Positions 9,683 through 16,632 of a stretch of DNA of 64,000 bases are shown here, piece after piece. The first letter of the stretch is position 1. Every line of letters begins with the position of its first letter. The stretch lies in contig JAZUBT010000018.1 of the NCBI GenBank assembly GCA_045638685.1, positions 12,329 to 76,328 on the forward strand, read 5' to 3'. Source of the DNA: Eubacteriales bacterium. Its GTDB lineage: Bacteria; Bacillota; Clostridia; Oscillospirales; CAG-272. The position numbers and the translations under genes are program-made. The notes below the pieces were generated by a model. It saw nothing but the letters and a program-made list of their open reading frames with translations, was not told the origin of the DNA and did no database searches.

Positions 9683-10690
9683 TTATCCTATTAAAGAATC
9701 AACCGCGCCCCCTATGCTATCGAGCGGCACGTCCTTTATACAGTAGCTTCCTATCTCCTCACAGAAAACAGCGGAAACGGTGTTTTCCTTCATTTTCTTA
9801 TCGTGAGTGATATAGTAGCGCAGCTTTTCCCACGGATATGGTATCTCGAAAGGCAACCCGTACTTTTTCAGAAGCGACAAAATCCGCTCCCGTACCCCCT
9901 CGGACGACATCGGAAGCATTCCCATGCCAACGCATTCTCCGTGCAGAAGCCTTCCGCTCTCGCTTTCGATTGCGTGTCCTACGGTGTGCCCGAAATTAAG
10001 CACCTTGCGAAGATGCCTTTCCTTCGGATCCTTTTCAACGACGTCTCTTTTAATACAAAGAGAGCGTCGGATTATTTCCTCAATATCAGAGTAAACGTTT
10101 TCGCTGTTTTCAATCAACTCAAAAAGCTGTGCATCAAAACTTGCCGCCATCTTTATCGCCTCGACAAGTCCGGAGAAAAACTGACGTCTGTCAAGCGTTT
10201 CAAGCGTACAGGTGTCGATTATTACGCCTTTTGGCTGACAAAAGCTACCCACCGCGTTTTTCACTCCGCAAAAGTCAATAGCCGTTTTTCCACCGATTGA
10301 GGAATCCAGCTGCGAAAGCAGTGTCGTCGGAATATTGTAAAAATCAATTCCCCTCATATAACACGACGAGACAAAGCCCGCAAGGTCTCCGACCACGCCG
10401 CCTCCGACCGCAACCACGCAGTCGTCTCTTGTAAATCCGTTTGTAAGCATAGTCTTAAGCAGCTTTTCAAAGCTTTCCATGCTTTTGCTGCTCTCTCCCG
10501 ACGGCAAGGCCACTTTAATCGCCGTTTTACATTGCGCGGCAACCGTATCGGCGTATTCCTCGGGAACACCTGTATCGGTAACCACCAAAACGCGGCGGTT
10601 AAGATTAATAAGCTCCCCCGCTCTTTTCAGCGCGCCCCTTTCAAGGGTTACGTCATAGCTCTCCTGTCCGAGCCTAACCGGAATTATCAT
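9683..10690 (-). CDS. aroB: 3-dehydroquinate synthase
   Basis: AroB motifs present (GGGVVGDLAGF, NFGHTVGHAIE). The track ORF starts at 10702. I prefer the ATG at 10690 (MIIPVRL) because GGAGAG lies 4 nt upstream. The alternative start at 10702 abuts a hairpin. Confidence 0.88.
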   Translation of the reverse strand: MIIPVRLGQESYDVTLERGALKRAGELINLNRRVLVVTDTGVPEEYADTVAAQCKTAIKVALPSGESSKSMESFEKLLKTMLTNGFTRDDCVVAVGGGVVGDLAGFVSSCYMRGIDFYNIPTTLLSQLDSSIGGKTAIDFCGVKNAVGSFCQPKGVIIDTCTLETLDRRQFFSGLVEAIKMAASFDAQLFELIENSENVYSDIEEIIRRSLCIKRDVVEKDPKERHLRKVLNFGHTVGHAIESESGRLLHGECVGMGMLPMSSEGVRERILSLLKKYGLPFEIPYPWEKLRYYITHDKKMKENTVSAVFCEEIGSYCIKDVPLDSIGGAVDSLIG

Positions 10691-10704
10691 ACTTCTCTCC
10701 ATTC

Positions 10705-10727
10705 CGCTATCCGCAGATAGCTACACA
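10705..10727 (-). other. Stem-loop motif UGUGUAGCUAUC-loop-GGAUAGCG just 5' of the aroB start (copy 1 of 2)
   Basis: The reverse strand reads TGTGTAGCTATCTGCGGATAGCG (stem GCTATC/GATAGC). A near-identical element sits 5' of dpaA at 14548-14571. Confidence 0.5.
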
Positions 10728-10764
10728 GTAAATAAGACAAGTGTTTCGTTCTTTGCCTTCCGTT

Positions 10765-11865
10765 TTATTTAACGTTATCCGCGTAATAGCTTCCTACCAT
10801 ACGGAGCTTTGCGCAGACAGCGGAAAGCTCGCGCAGCATATCGCTTCCGTTTTCGGTGTTAATGCTTCCCTCCGCTTCAAGATAGAAATAATAGTTCCAC
10901 TGAAGCTCCTTCATAGGACGTGAGCGGAGATTACGCATATTAAAGCCGTGCGCTCCGATAATATTAAGCGCCTTTGCGAGCGAGCCCGCCTCGTTCTGAA
11001 CGGTGAATACTAAAATAAAATTCTCATCGTCCCGTCTTACACCTGCTGCGCCGCGGTTTTGCGCGCGTGAGAACGCGGCAAAGCGTGTAGTATTGTTTTT
11101 GTTATCGTTTATATCCTTATCAAGAACGGTAAGTCCGTAAAGATCCGCGGTCTCTGCCGAGGCTATCGCGGCAACCGTAGTATCGCCAAGCTCACTTACG
11201 TATTTAGCGGCAAGCGCGGTATTTGAGTAGCTTTTTGTACCGTATCCCGCTTTTCTGATATATTCCGAACATTGCTCAAGCGCCTGTGTGTGGCTTACGA
11301 CAGTTTTTACCGTCTCACGCGTTGCGCCCTTCGGCGCTATAAGGCAATGGGAAATCGGAATATCTGCAATTTGATTTACGTAAAGGCTTCCGGAAAACAT
11401 AAGGTCCATAACCGCGCCGACCTCACCAGCGTAGCTGTTTTCAATCGGTATAACCGCGCAGTCATATTCTCCGTTTTCAACCGCCTTATACGCATCGGCA
11501 AAATCGGAATATTCGGTAAGCGTCGCGTCCGGAAACATACGCTTTGCGGCGGCGTAGGCATACGCGCCCTTTGTTCCACAGTAGGTTACCTTAGCTCCGC
11601 CCATTATCTTCTCCTGATATTTGCAGGAAACGTCAATGGCGCTTTTAAGGAACTGAACATAGTACCCCTCAAACTCCCCGTTCTTTATAAGCGAGCGGTT
11701 TTTGTTAATAAGCTCTGCTTCCCTGTCCGTATCGCGTACAGAAAGTCCGTGCGTTTTTTTATATTCGGCTATACGCCCCGCGACCTCCATTCTTTCCTCA
11801 AAAAGCTTTGCCATCTCGCTATCGATACGGTTAATTTCTTTTCTGCACTCATCAAGTCCGTTCAT
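10765..11865 (-). CDS. pheA: Bifunctional chorismate mutase / prephenate dehydratase (P-protein) with C-terminal ACT domain
   Basis: 366 aa. An N-terminal helical CM domain (RKEINRIDSEMAKLFEERMEV) is followed by a PDT domain (VTYCGTKGAYAY...IPIENS) and an ACT-like tail. Confidence 0.9.
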   Translation of the reverse strand: MNGLDECRKEINRIDSEMAKLFEERMEVAGRIAEYKKTHGLSVRDTDREAELINKNRSLIKNGEFEGYYVQFLKSAIDVSCKYQEKIMGGAKVTYCGTKGAYAYAAAKRMFPDATLTEYSDFADAYKAVENGEYDCAVIPIENSYAGEVGAVMDLMFSGSLYVNQIADIPISHCLIAPKGATRETVKTVVSHTQALEQCSEYIRKAGYGTKSYSNTALAAKYVSELGDTTVAAIASAETADLYGLTVLDKDINDNKNNTTRFAAFSRAQNRGAAGVRRDDENFILVFTVQNEAGSLAKALNIIGAHGFNMRNLRSRPMKELQWNYYFYLEAEGSINTENGSDMLRELSAVCAKLRMVGSYYADNVK

Positions 11866-11926
11866 TCTCTTTTCCTCATTTACCTTTTTTAATAAATTTC
11901 TTTTCAGTCTTACCTACCGAAAACTT

Positions 11927-11957
11927 AAAAAAGCGACCTCCGCAAAGGAAGCCGCTT
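11927..11957 (-). terminator. Intrinsic terminator (attenuator hairpin 2) in the pheA leader
   Basis: Reverse-strand RNA is AAGCGGCUUCC-UUUGC-GGAGGUCGCUU: 11 bp including 2 G-U pairs, running into UUUUUU. It lies 29 nt after the leader-ORF stop and 61 nt before the pheA ATG. Confidence 0.7.
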
Positions 11958-11986
11958 ATGGTTTTTATTATAAAACCCTCCCCGTA

Positions 11987-12151
11987 TTACACCGAGGCGC
12001 GTCCCCACCCTTGCAGATGCGTTCTACCGAAAAAATAATAAAAATAGGAGTACGCAAAAAATCGTACTCCGTAGGTAAACGCAGTATTGGCATTAACGGT
12101 AGCTTTAGAGACAGAAATACGGCTTACGTTTTTAACTGCTGAAATATTCAT
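11987..12151 (-). CDS. Candidate Phe/Tyr-rich leader peptide (54 aa)
   Basis: Absent from the track (<60 aa). SD GGGAGG (12164-12159) lies 7 nt before the ATG at 12151. Translation is MNISAVKNVSRISVSKATVNANTAFTYGVRFFAYSYFYYFFGRTHLQGWGRASV*. Nine of 11 consecutive codons (31-41) are Phe/Tyr. It sits directly upstream of the Phe/Tyr biosynthesis operon. Confidence 0.55.
   Translation of the reverse strand: MNISAVKNVSRISVSKATVNANTAFTYGVRFFAYSYFYYFFGRTHLQGWGRASV
12027..12070 (-). promoter_or_regulatory. Terminator-like hairpin 1 embedded in the leader ORF
   Basis: GGAGUACG-AUUUUUUG-CGUACUCC (8 bp) is followed by UAUUUUUAUUAUUUUUUC. The loop holds codons F31-F32 and the U-rich tail is codons Y36-F41. 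Confidence 0.5.
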
Positions 12152-12183
12152 TTTCCTGCCTCCCAAAAGTTAATTATGAAAAA

Positions 12184-12212
12184 ATTATACTCCGTTTTCC
12201 ACCGTTTGTCAA
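12184..12212 (-). promoter_or_regulatory. Sigma-A-type consensus promoter of the aromatic operon
   Basis: The reverse strand reads TTGACA (12212-12207), a 17-nt spacer, then TATAAT (12189-12184). Confidence 0.7.
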
Positions 12213-12318
12213 TAATCTTTTTGCGGTTTTAACACTTTGTTCATTATTGCATTTTCAGTTTTTTTCAACTATTTATATAGAATTAACCGAATGTTTTTCG
12301 GAAAATTCCGTTTTTTCT

Positions 12319-12723
12319 TTAAGAAATCTTTGATACAAGCTCCTCGAAAGCCTCCTCAAGAGGAAGCATAAATTCCATTATATCGTCATTCCACTGCTCG
12401 TAAAGCGAGTCGTATTCGTGCTCCCAGCTGTCAATTATCTCGGTTCTGGTATCAAGGTCATCGGGCGGACAGCCTCCGGGGAAAAGCGCGTTTGCGTTTT
12501 CTACAATGGAAGCAACCTCATCCATTCCCGCATTATAGAGGTCTTCAACCGCATCCTCGGCGTAATCTCCGCAGTAGCTTTCATAGTAGCTGAGAAGCCC
12601 CGTGCCATTAACCGCATCAATTATATTTTTTATGTTAAAAACAGCTCTTTCCTCGTTTGTAAGAGAAAAATAATCGTCCTCAGCCGCCTCTGTAATTCTT
12701 GCCCAGATTTTGTTCCAGCTCAT
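12319..12723 (-). CDS. DUF4375 / DMP19-like protein (function uncertain)
   Basis: 134 aa, very acidic. LTNEERAVFNIKNIIDAVNGTGLLSYYESYCGDYAEDAVEDLYNAGMDEVASIVENANALFPGG follows the pattern I recall for the DMP19 C-terminal family. SD GAGGAGG precedes the ATG. Confidence 0.45.
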   Translation of the reverse strand: MSWNKIWARITEAAEDDYFSLTNEERAVFNIKNIIDAVNGTGLLSYYESYCGDYAEDAVEDLYNAGMDEVASIVENANALFPGGCPPDDLDTRTEIIDSWEHEYDSLYEQWNDDIMEFMLPLEEAFEELVSKIS

Positions 12724-12862
12724 AAGCTTCCTCCTCTGATGGAAAAATATGTAGATTAAGTTTTACTCTGTAAAGATTTACGTCGTCTGCGCCTCCGTTA
12801 TTCCGCAAAGGAAACGCGCAGAGTATAACACTTTTTTCTGAATTTTTCGCTTTCTAAAATAT

Positions 12863-12890
12863 ATTATACAGCGATTTTTCCTTTTGTCAA
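12863..12890 (-). promoter_or_regulatory. Near-consensus promoter for the DUF4375-like gene
   Basis: The reverse strand reads TTGACA (12890-12885), a 16-nt spacer, then TATAAT (12868-12863). This leaves a 5' leader of roughly 130 nt. Confidence 0.55.
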
Positions 12891-13014
12891 GTAGGCAACG
12901 TAAAAGATATTAAAAAATGTGTTTTTTAAGGAAACAAGACCGCAAAAAACCGCAGATGACAAAGCTCCCCTATCGGCTCGGCATATTTCCTTAGGCGTTT
13001 GTAAAAGCATACCG

Positions 13015-13057
13015 AAAGAGAGAACGAAACGGCGTCTAACCGTAAAGTTCTCTCTTT
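13015..13057 (-). terminator. Hairpin downstream of dpaB (probable terminator)
   Basis: AAAGAGAGAAC (13015-13025) / GTTCTCTCTTT (13047-13057), an 11-bp perfect stem. T-rich sequence follows on the + strand and a weaker U-content follows on the - strand, so strand assignment is tentative. Confidence 0.45.
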
Positions 13058-13085
13058 TTCTGTCTGTTAGATTTAGTAAAGCCCT

Positions 13086-13646
13086 TCAAATAAGAAGCGG
13101 CTGAAGCTGTTTACCGCAGAGCGCGTATTCAACGGTTTTTTCTATAAGCGAAAAATCCGATATAAGCGAATGGGGCTTACTTAAAGGACTGTCCTGCCCA
13201 AATGGAACGAAATATACGCTTTTTCTCGAAAGCATGGTAGCGATATTTTTTAAATTCTGGGATAAGGCATCGTTTGTGGCAAGCGCTATAACGAGCGGTC
13301 TGTCGGAGCGCAGGTGCGCCTTTGCCGCCATTGTAACAGAGGTATCCGTAATTCCACTCGCAAGCTTTGCAAGGGTGTTACCGGTACAGGGGCATATAAT
13401 TAAAAGATCGAGAGGGCGCGACGGTCCAAGCGGCTCTGCGTCCTTTATTTCCGTTATAGGCGGAGAGTGGCATATTTCGGTCAGCGCTGAAATTGTATCG
13501 GCAGCCTTACCGAAGCGTGTATCCGTTTTTGCAACGTTACCGCTGATAATAGGGACTATTTCGTGCTGACCTGCGATGCGCCTGAGCGTCTCTATCGCGC
13601 CCCCAACCGTACAAAACGAGCCGGTGAGTGCGTAACCGATTTTCAT
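13086..13646 (-). CDS. dpaB: Dipicolinate synthase subunit B
   Basis: 186 aa. Flavoprotein fold MKIGYALTGSFCT...ICPCTGNTLAKLA, typical of SpoVFB. It is adjacent to dpaA. Confidence 0.85.
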   Translation of the reverse strand: MKIGYALTGSFCTVGGAIETLRRIAGQHEIVPIISGNVAKTDTRFGKAADTISALTEICHSPPITEIKDAEPLGPSRPLDLLIICPCTGNTLAKLASGITDTSVTMAAKAHLRSDRPLVIALATNDALSQNLKNIATMLSRKSVYFVPFGQDSPLSKPHSLISDFSLIEKTVEYALCGKQLQPLLI

Positions 13647-13688
13647 AGTAGAATATTTCCTTTTTTATAGATTTAAAGTCGGGCAAGA

Positions 13689-14531
13689 TTATTCCGACAA
13701 AACGCGTATGACTTCCTCTTTTATAATTAGCGCGGCGGTTTTCGGAGCTACCTTTCCGGGAAGCGAAAGCGCCCATATAACGTTTATGCCAAGCGCCTTT
13801 GCCGTATCGCGATCAACTCCGCCGGGCGCGGAGGCAAGGTCTATGATAAGGGGTTTGTTTTTAATAGACGAAAGCAAATTAATGTCTATGACAGGGGAAG
13901 GCACGGTGTTATATATAAGAACGGCTCCGCTTACCGCATCCTGTAAATCCTTAAAATAGTACGGCTTTATTCCGTCTATCTGCATTTTAGCAATATCCTC
14001 GCTTTTTCTCGCTACGGCGCTCACACTTGCGCCGAGAGCCTTAAGCTCACAGGAGAGGATTCTTCCTATTCTTCCGTATCCAAGCACGGTTATAGGCGAG
14101 GAATGAAGGGTAACGGGGAGGTTTTCAAACGCTATCTGAATTGCTCCCTCCGACGTACAAAGAGCATTTTTAAGAGCAACCGCCTCAATTTTTCCGTAAT
14201 CGCATATAAAAACTCCGTAGCTCTCCGCAATTTTAGAAACAGCGGCACTTACCGCGCCTCCAAACACATGTTTTACGTTATGCTCCCTGATTTTTCCAAA
14301 GAGAAAGGAAAGCCTTATCTCCCCGCCGCTCTGCGAATTAAGATACACCCCGTCGGGCGAAACAGGAAACGGGAGCACCGCGGCGTCGGCGTTTTTAAGC
14401 GCCTCGTCCATATCCGACGTGCCTCCTTCATTTCCTACCGCCGCAACCGAAAAACCGTCGGCGCGCAGCTCACTTGCAAGATAAAAAAGACGTTTATCGC
14501 CCCCTATTACGGCGATTTTTTTATTTAACAT
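13689..14531 (-). CDS. dpaA: Dipicolinate synthase subunit A
   Basis: 280 aa. Rossmann motif VLGYGRIGR and overall SpoVFA-like layout, paired with dpaB. Confidence 0.85.
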   Translation of the reverse strand: MLNKKIAVIGGDKRLFYLASELRADGFSVAAVGNEGGTSDMDEALKNADAAVLPFPVSPDGVYLNSQSGGEIRLSFLFGKIREHNVKHVFGGAVSAAVSKIAESYGVFICDYGKIEAVALKNALCTSEGAIQIAFENLPVTLHSSPITVLGYGRIGRILSCELKALGASVSAVARKSEDIAKMQIDGIKPYYFKDLQDAVSGAVLIYNTVPSPVIDINLLSSIKNKPLIIDLASAPGGVDRDTAKALGINVIWALSLPGKVAPKTAALIIKEEVIRVLSE

Positions 14532-14547
14532 ATCAAAACCTCAAATT

Positions 14548-14571
14548 CGCTATCCAAAGGATAGCTACACA
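14548..14571 (-). other. Stem-loop motif UGUGUAGCUAUC-loop-GGAUAGCG just 5' of the dpaA SD (copy 2 of 2)
   Basis: The reverse strand reads TGTGTAGCTATCCTTTGGATAGCG, followed by AATTTGAGGTTTTGATATG. It shares the 12-nt 5' part and the GATAGCG arm with 10705-10727. Confidence 0.5.
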
Positions 14572-14850
14572 AAGTTTAAAACGATTTTTGTGTTTTGCCG
14601 TGCAAAACAAAAGGCATTTAATCTTTTAAAATGCGTCGTAGCGAGAACGCGGGTTCCTACGTGTACGCACTAAAAAACTTTCCTTATACACTCATTATAT
14701 GTTTTTTTATTTTATAGGTGAATGTAGCATAAGCATATATTATTACAAAAAAGTATTGATTATGTTACAGTATGTTTAAAATTTTATGTTACAATATATG
14801 CAGAATTTTGTCGAAATTTTAAAATCCAAATATAAATCGGGGGAAAATTT

Positions 14851-15759
14851 ATGAAATACGTACTTTATAACCCTTTGGCGAATAATAAAAGAGGCAGACA
14901 GAACGCTTCAACGATAATGCAGCTTGACAGTGATGCAGAATACGTTTTCAAGGATATTACCGCATTTGACGATATTAACAGCTTTTTAAACGAAGCAAGT
15001 CCTGATGACGAAATCATAGTATCCGGTGGCGACGGTACGTTAAACCGCTTTATTAACCAGATAGGCGACAGGGTTCTCGAAAACGACGTTTATTACTACC
15101 CTGCGGGCTCCGGAAACGATTTTATGCGAGACGTATGCGAAAACAGCGGCGAAAAAATCATAAAAATAAACAAATACATCGCCGACCTTCCGATTGTTGA
15201 AATCAACGGCAAGCGCTCCTATTTTATCAACGGAATAGGCTTCGGTATAGACGGATACTGCTGCGAGGAGGGAGACAAATTTCAGGCAAAGTCCGACAAG
15301 CCCGTTAACTACACCGCTATTGCTCTTAAAGGCTTTTTCCTTAAATTCAGTCCCAGAAAAGCAAAGGTTACCGTTGACGGCGAAACCCGTGAGTACAGCA
15401 ACGTATGGCTCGCGCCTGCTATGAACGGCAGATTTTTCGGCGGCGGAATGCAGATTGCTCCCATGCAGGACAGACTTAACGAAAACCGAACGGTTGCCTC
15501 GATGGTAATGTTCCACAAAAACCGTTTTAAAGTGCTTCTCGCGTTCCCGACGGTATTCAAGGGTGAGCATATCGCAAAGTATCCAAAGCTCATAGACACC
15601 CGCCACGGACACGAAATCACGGTTGAGTTTGACAGACCGACTGCTCTGCAAATTGACGGAGAAACGGTAAAGAGCGTTCTTAAATACACCGTTTACGCGG
15701 GACAGGCAAAGAAAAAGCTTTTAGCTAAGTCAAAGGAAACAGAGGAAACCTTAGCGTAA
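14851..15759 (+). CDS. Diacylglycerol/lipid kinase family protein (YegS/BmrU-like)
   Basis: 302 aa. Carries the DAGK catalytic motif IIVSGGDGTLNRFIN. Confidence 0.8.
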   Translation: MKYVLYNPLANNKRGRQNASTIMQLDSDAEYVFKDITAFDDINSFLNEASPDDEIIVSGGDGTLNRFINQIGDRVLENDVYYYPAGSGNDFMRDVCENSGEKIIKINKYIADLPIVEINGKRSYFINGIGFGIDGYCCEEGDKFQAKSDKPVNYTAIALKGFFLKFSPRKAKVTVDGETREYSNVWLAPAMNGRFFGGGMQIAPMQDRLNENRTVASMVMFHKNRFKVLLAFPTVFKGEHIAKYPKLIDTRHGHEITVEFDRPTALQIDGETVKSVLKYTVYAGQAKKKLLAKSKETEETLA

Positions 15760-15801
15760 AATAAAAGCAAAAACACACAAAACACCCTAAATATAAACCC
15801 T

Positions 15802-15834
15802 AAGGCGGCTTTCGTAAAGAAGGCCGCCTTTTAA
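15802..15834 (+). terminator. Intrinsic terminator after the lipid kinase gene
   Basis: AAGGCGGC (15802-15809) / GCCGCCTT (15823-15830), followed by TTAAATTT. Confidence 0.65.
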
Positions 15835-15991
15835 ATTTAGTTTTTTACAAAAGTCTCCACGGTTTTTCTTCATTATCTTGCTTTTTTGAATAAGCACAGA
15901 GAGCGGTGTCTATAATATCTTTGACCGTACCCGACGGAAACGGCTTTCGGGGTACTCTCAATACATTAAAAACGTTTAAAGGAGACGAAAT

Positions 15992-16588
15992 ATGCCGGTT
16001 GATTTTAACAGCAGCGAAACCAAAAAGAACCTTATGAAGGCGTTTGCGGGAGAAAGCATGGCGAGAAACCGATACACCTTTGCCGCAGAGGAAGCGAGAA
16101 AGCAGGGAAACCACGTTATCGACGCCGTTTTCACCTTTACCGCCAACCAGGAAAAGGAGCACGCGGAAATTTTCTTTAATTATTTAAGAGAATATTCCGA
16201 GGAAAACGTAAATATAGAGGCAGGCTACCCCGTTGACGTTACCAAAGTGCTTCTCGACCTTTTAAAGAATGCCGTTCATAACGAATACGAGGAATACGAG
16301 CCTATTTACAAAGACTTTTCCGCTAAGGCGAAGGAGGAGGGCTTTCATAAAATAGCCGCGTCCTTTAATCTCATATCCGAAATTGAGAAAACCCACGGGG
16401 ACCGTTTCAAAAGCCTTTGCGAGCTTATGGAGCAAGATAAGCTTTTTATTTCCGACGTTGAATGTAAATGGATGTGCCTTAACTGCGGATACGTATATGA
16501 GGGAAAGGGCGCTCCCGAAAAATGTCCCGTATGCGAGCACGACAAGGGATTTTTCATAAGAATTACCCTTGCCCCGTTTACCGAGTAA
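15992..16588 (+). CDS. rbr: Rubrerythrin
   Basis: 198 aa. A ferritin-like di-iron domain (ExxH pairs: EKEHAEIF, EIEKTHGDRF) is followed by a C-terminal rubredoxin-like CLNCGYVYEG...CPVCEH. Confidence 0.9.
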   Translation: MPVDFNSSETKKNLMKAFAGESMARNRYTFAAEEARKQGNHVIDAVFTFTANQEKEHAEIFFNYLREYSEENVNIEAGYPVDVTKVLLDLLKNAVHNEYEEYEPIYKDFSAKAKEEGFHKIAASFNLISEIEKTHGDRFKSLCELMEQDKLFISDVECKWMCLNCGYVYEGKGAPEKCPVCEHDKGFFIRITLAPFTE

Positions 16589-16597
16589 TATTTAAAC

Positions 16598-16626
16598 AAA
16601 AAAACACCGCCAAGCGGTGTTTTTTC
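16598..16626. terminator. Bidirectional intrinsic terminator between the convergent rbr and lnt-like genes
   Basis: ACACCGC-CAA-GCGGTGT is flanked by an A-run on the left and a T-run on the right. Confidence 0.7.
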
Positions 16627-16632
16627 GTTGTT

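Noticed and set aside
11990-12016. T-box riboswitch reading of the pheA leader. The reverse strand contains AAGGGUGGGGACGCGCC, which resembles the T-box core GGGUGGUACCGCG, upstream of a terminator.
   Set aside because: - Only about 10 of 13 core positions match.
- I could not find the matching CCCU 3' side of an antiterminator, a K-turn/GA motif, an AG bulge, or a specifier loop with UUC/UAC.
- The distance to the terminator is long.
- The segment lies inside an SD-preceded ORF rich in Phe/Tyr codons, which explains the region better.
- It should still be tested with a covariance model.
11702-12142. 146-aa forward-strand ORF in the track covering the pheA leader region.
   Set aside because: It lies antisense to the promoter, leader and terminator architecture, has no SD and has a low-complexity Ser/Leu/Phe composition. 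It is best explained as a shadow ORF.
12919-13104. 61-aa forward ORF, and a possible small RNA, between the DUF4375-like gene and dpaB.
   Set aside because: The apparent forward -35 element is actually the reverse-strand TTGACA of the DUF4375 gene promoter. The ORF has no SD and overlaps the dpaB 3' end and its hairpin.
14636-14672. Nested imperfect hairpin (GCGT-CGTAG-GAAC...GTTC-CTACG-ACGC) in the dpaA/lipid-kinase divergent region, considered as a possible attenuator.
   Set aside because: It contains several bulges and has only a weak AUUUU tail on the reverse strand. There is no identifiable promoter upstream of it and no sigma-K consensus I could align. The evidence is insufficient.
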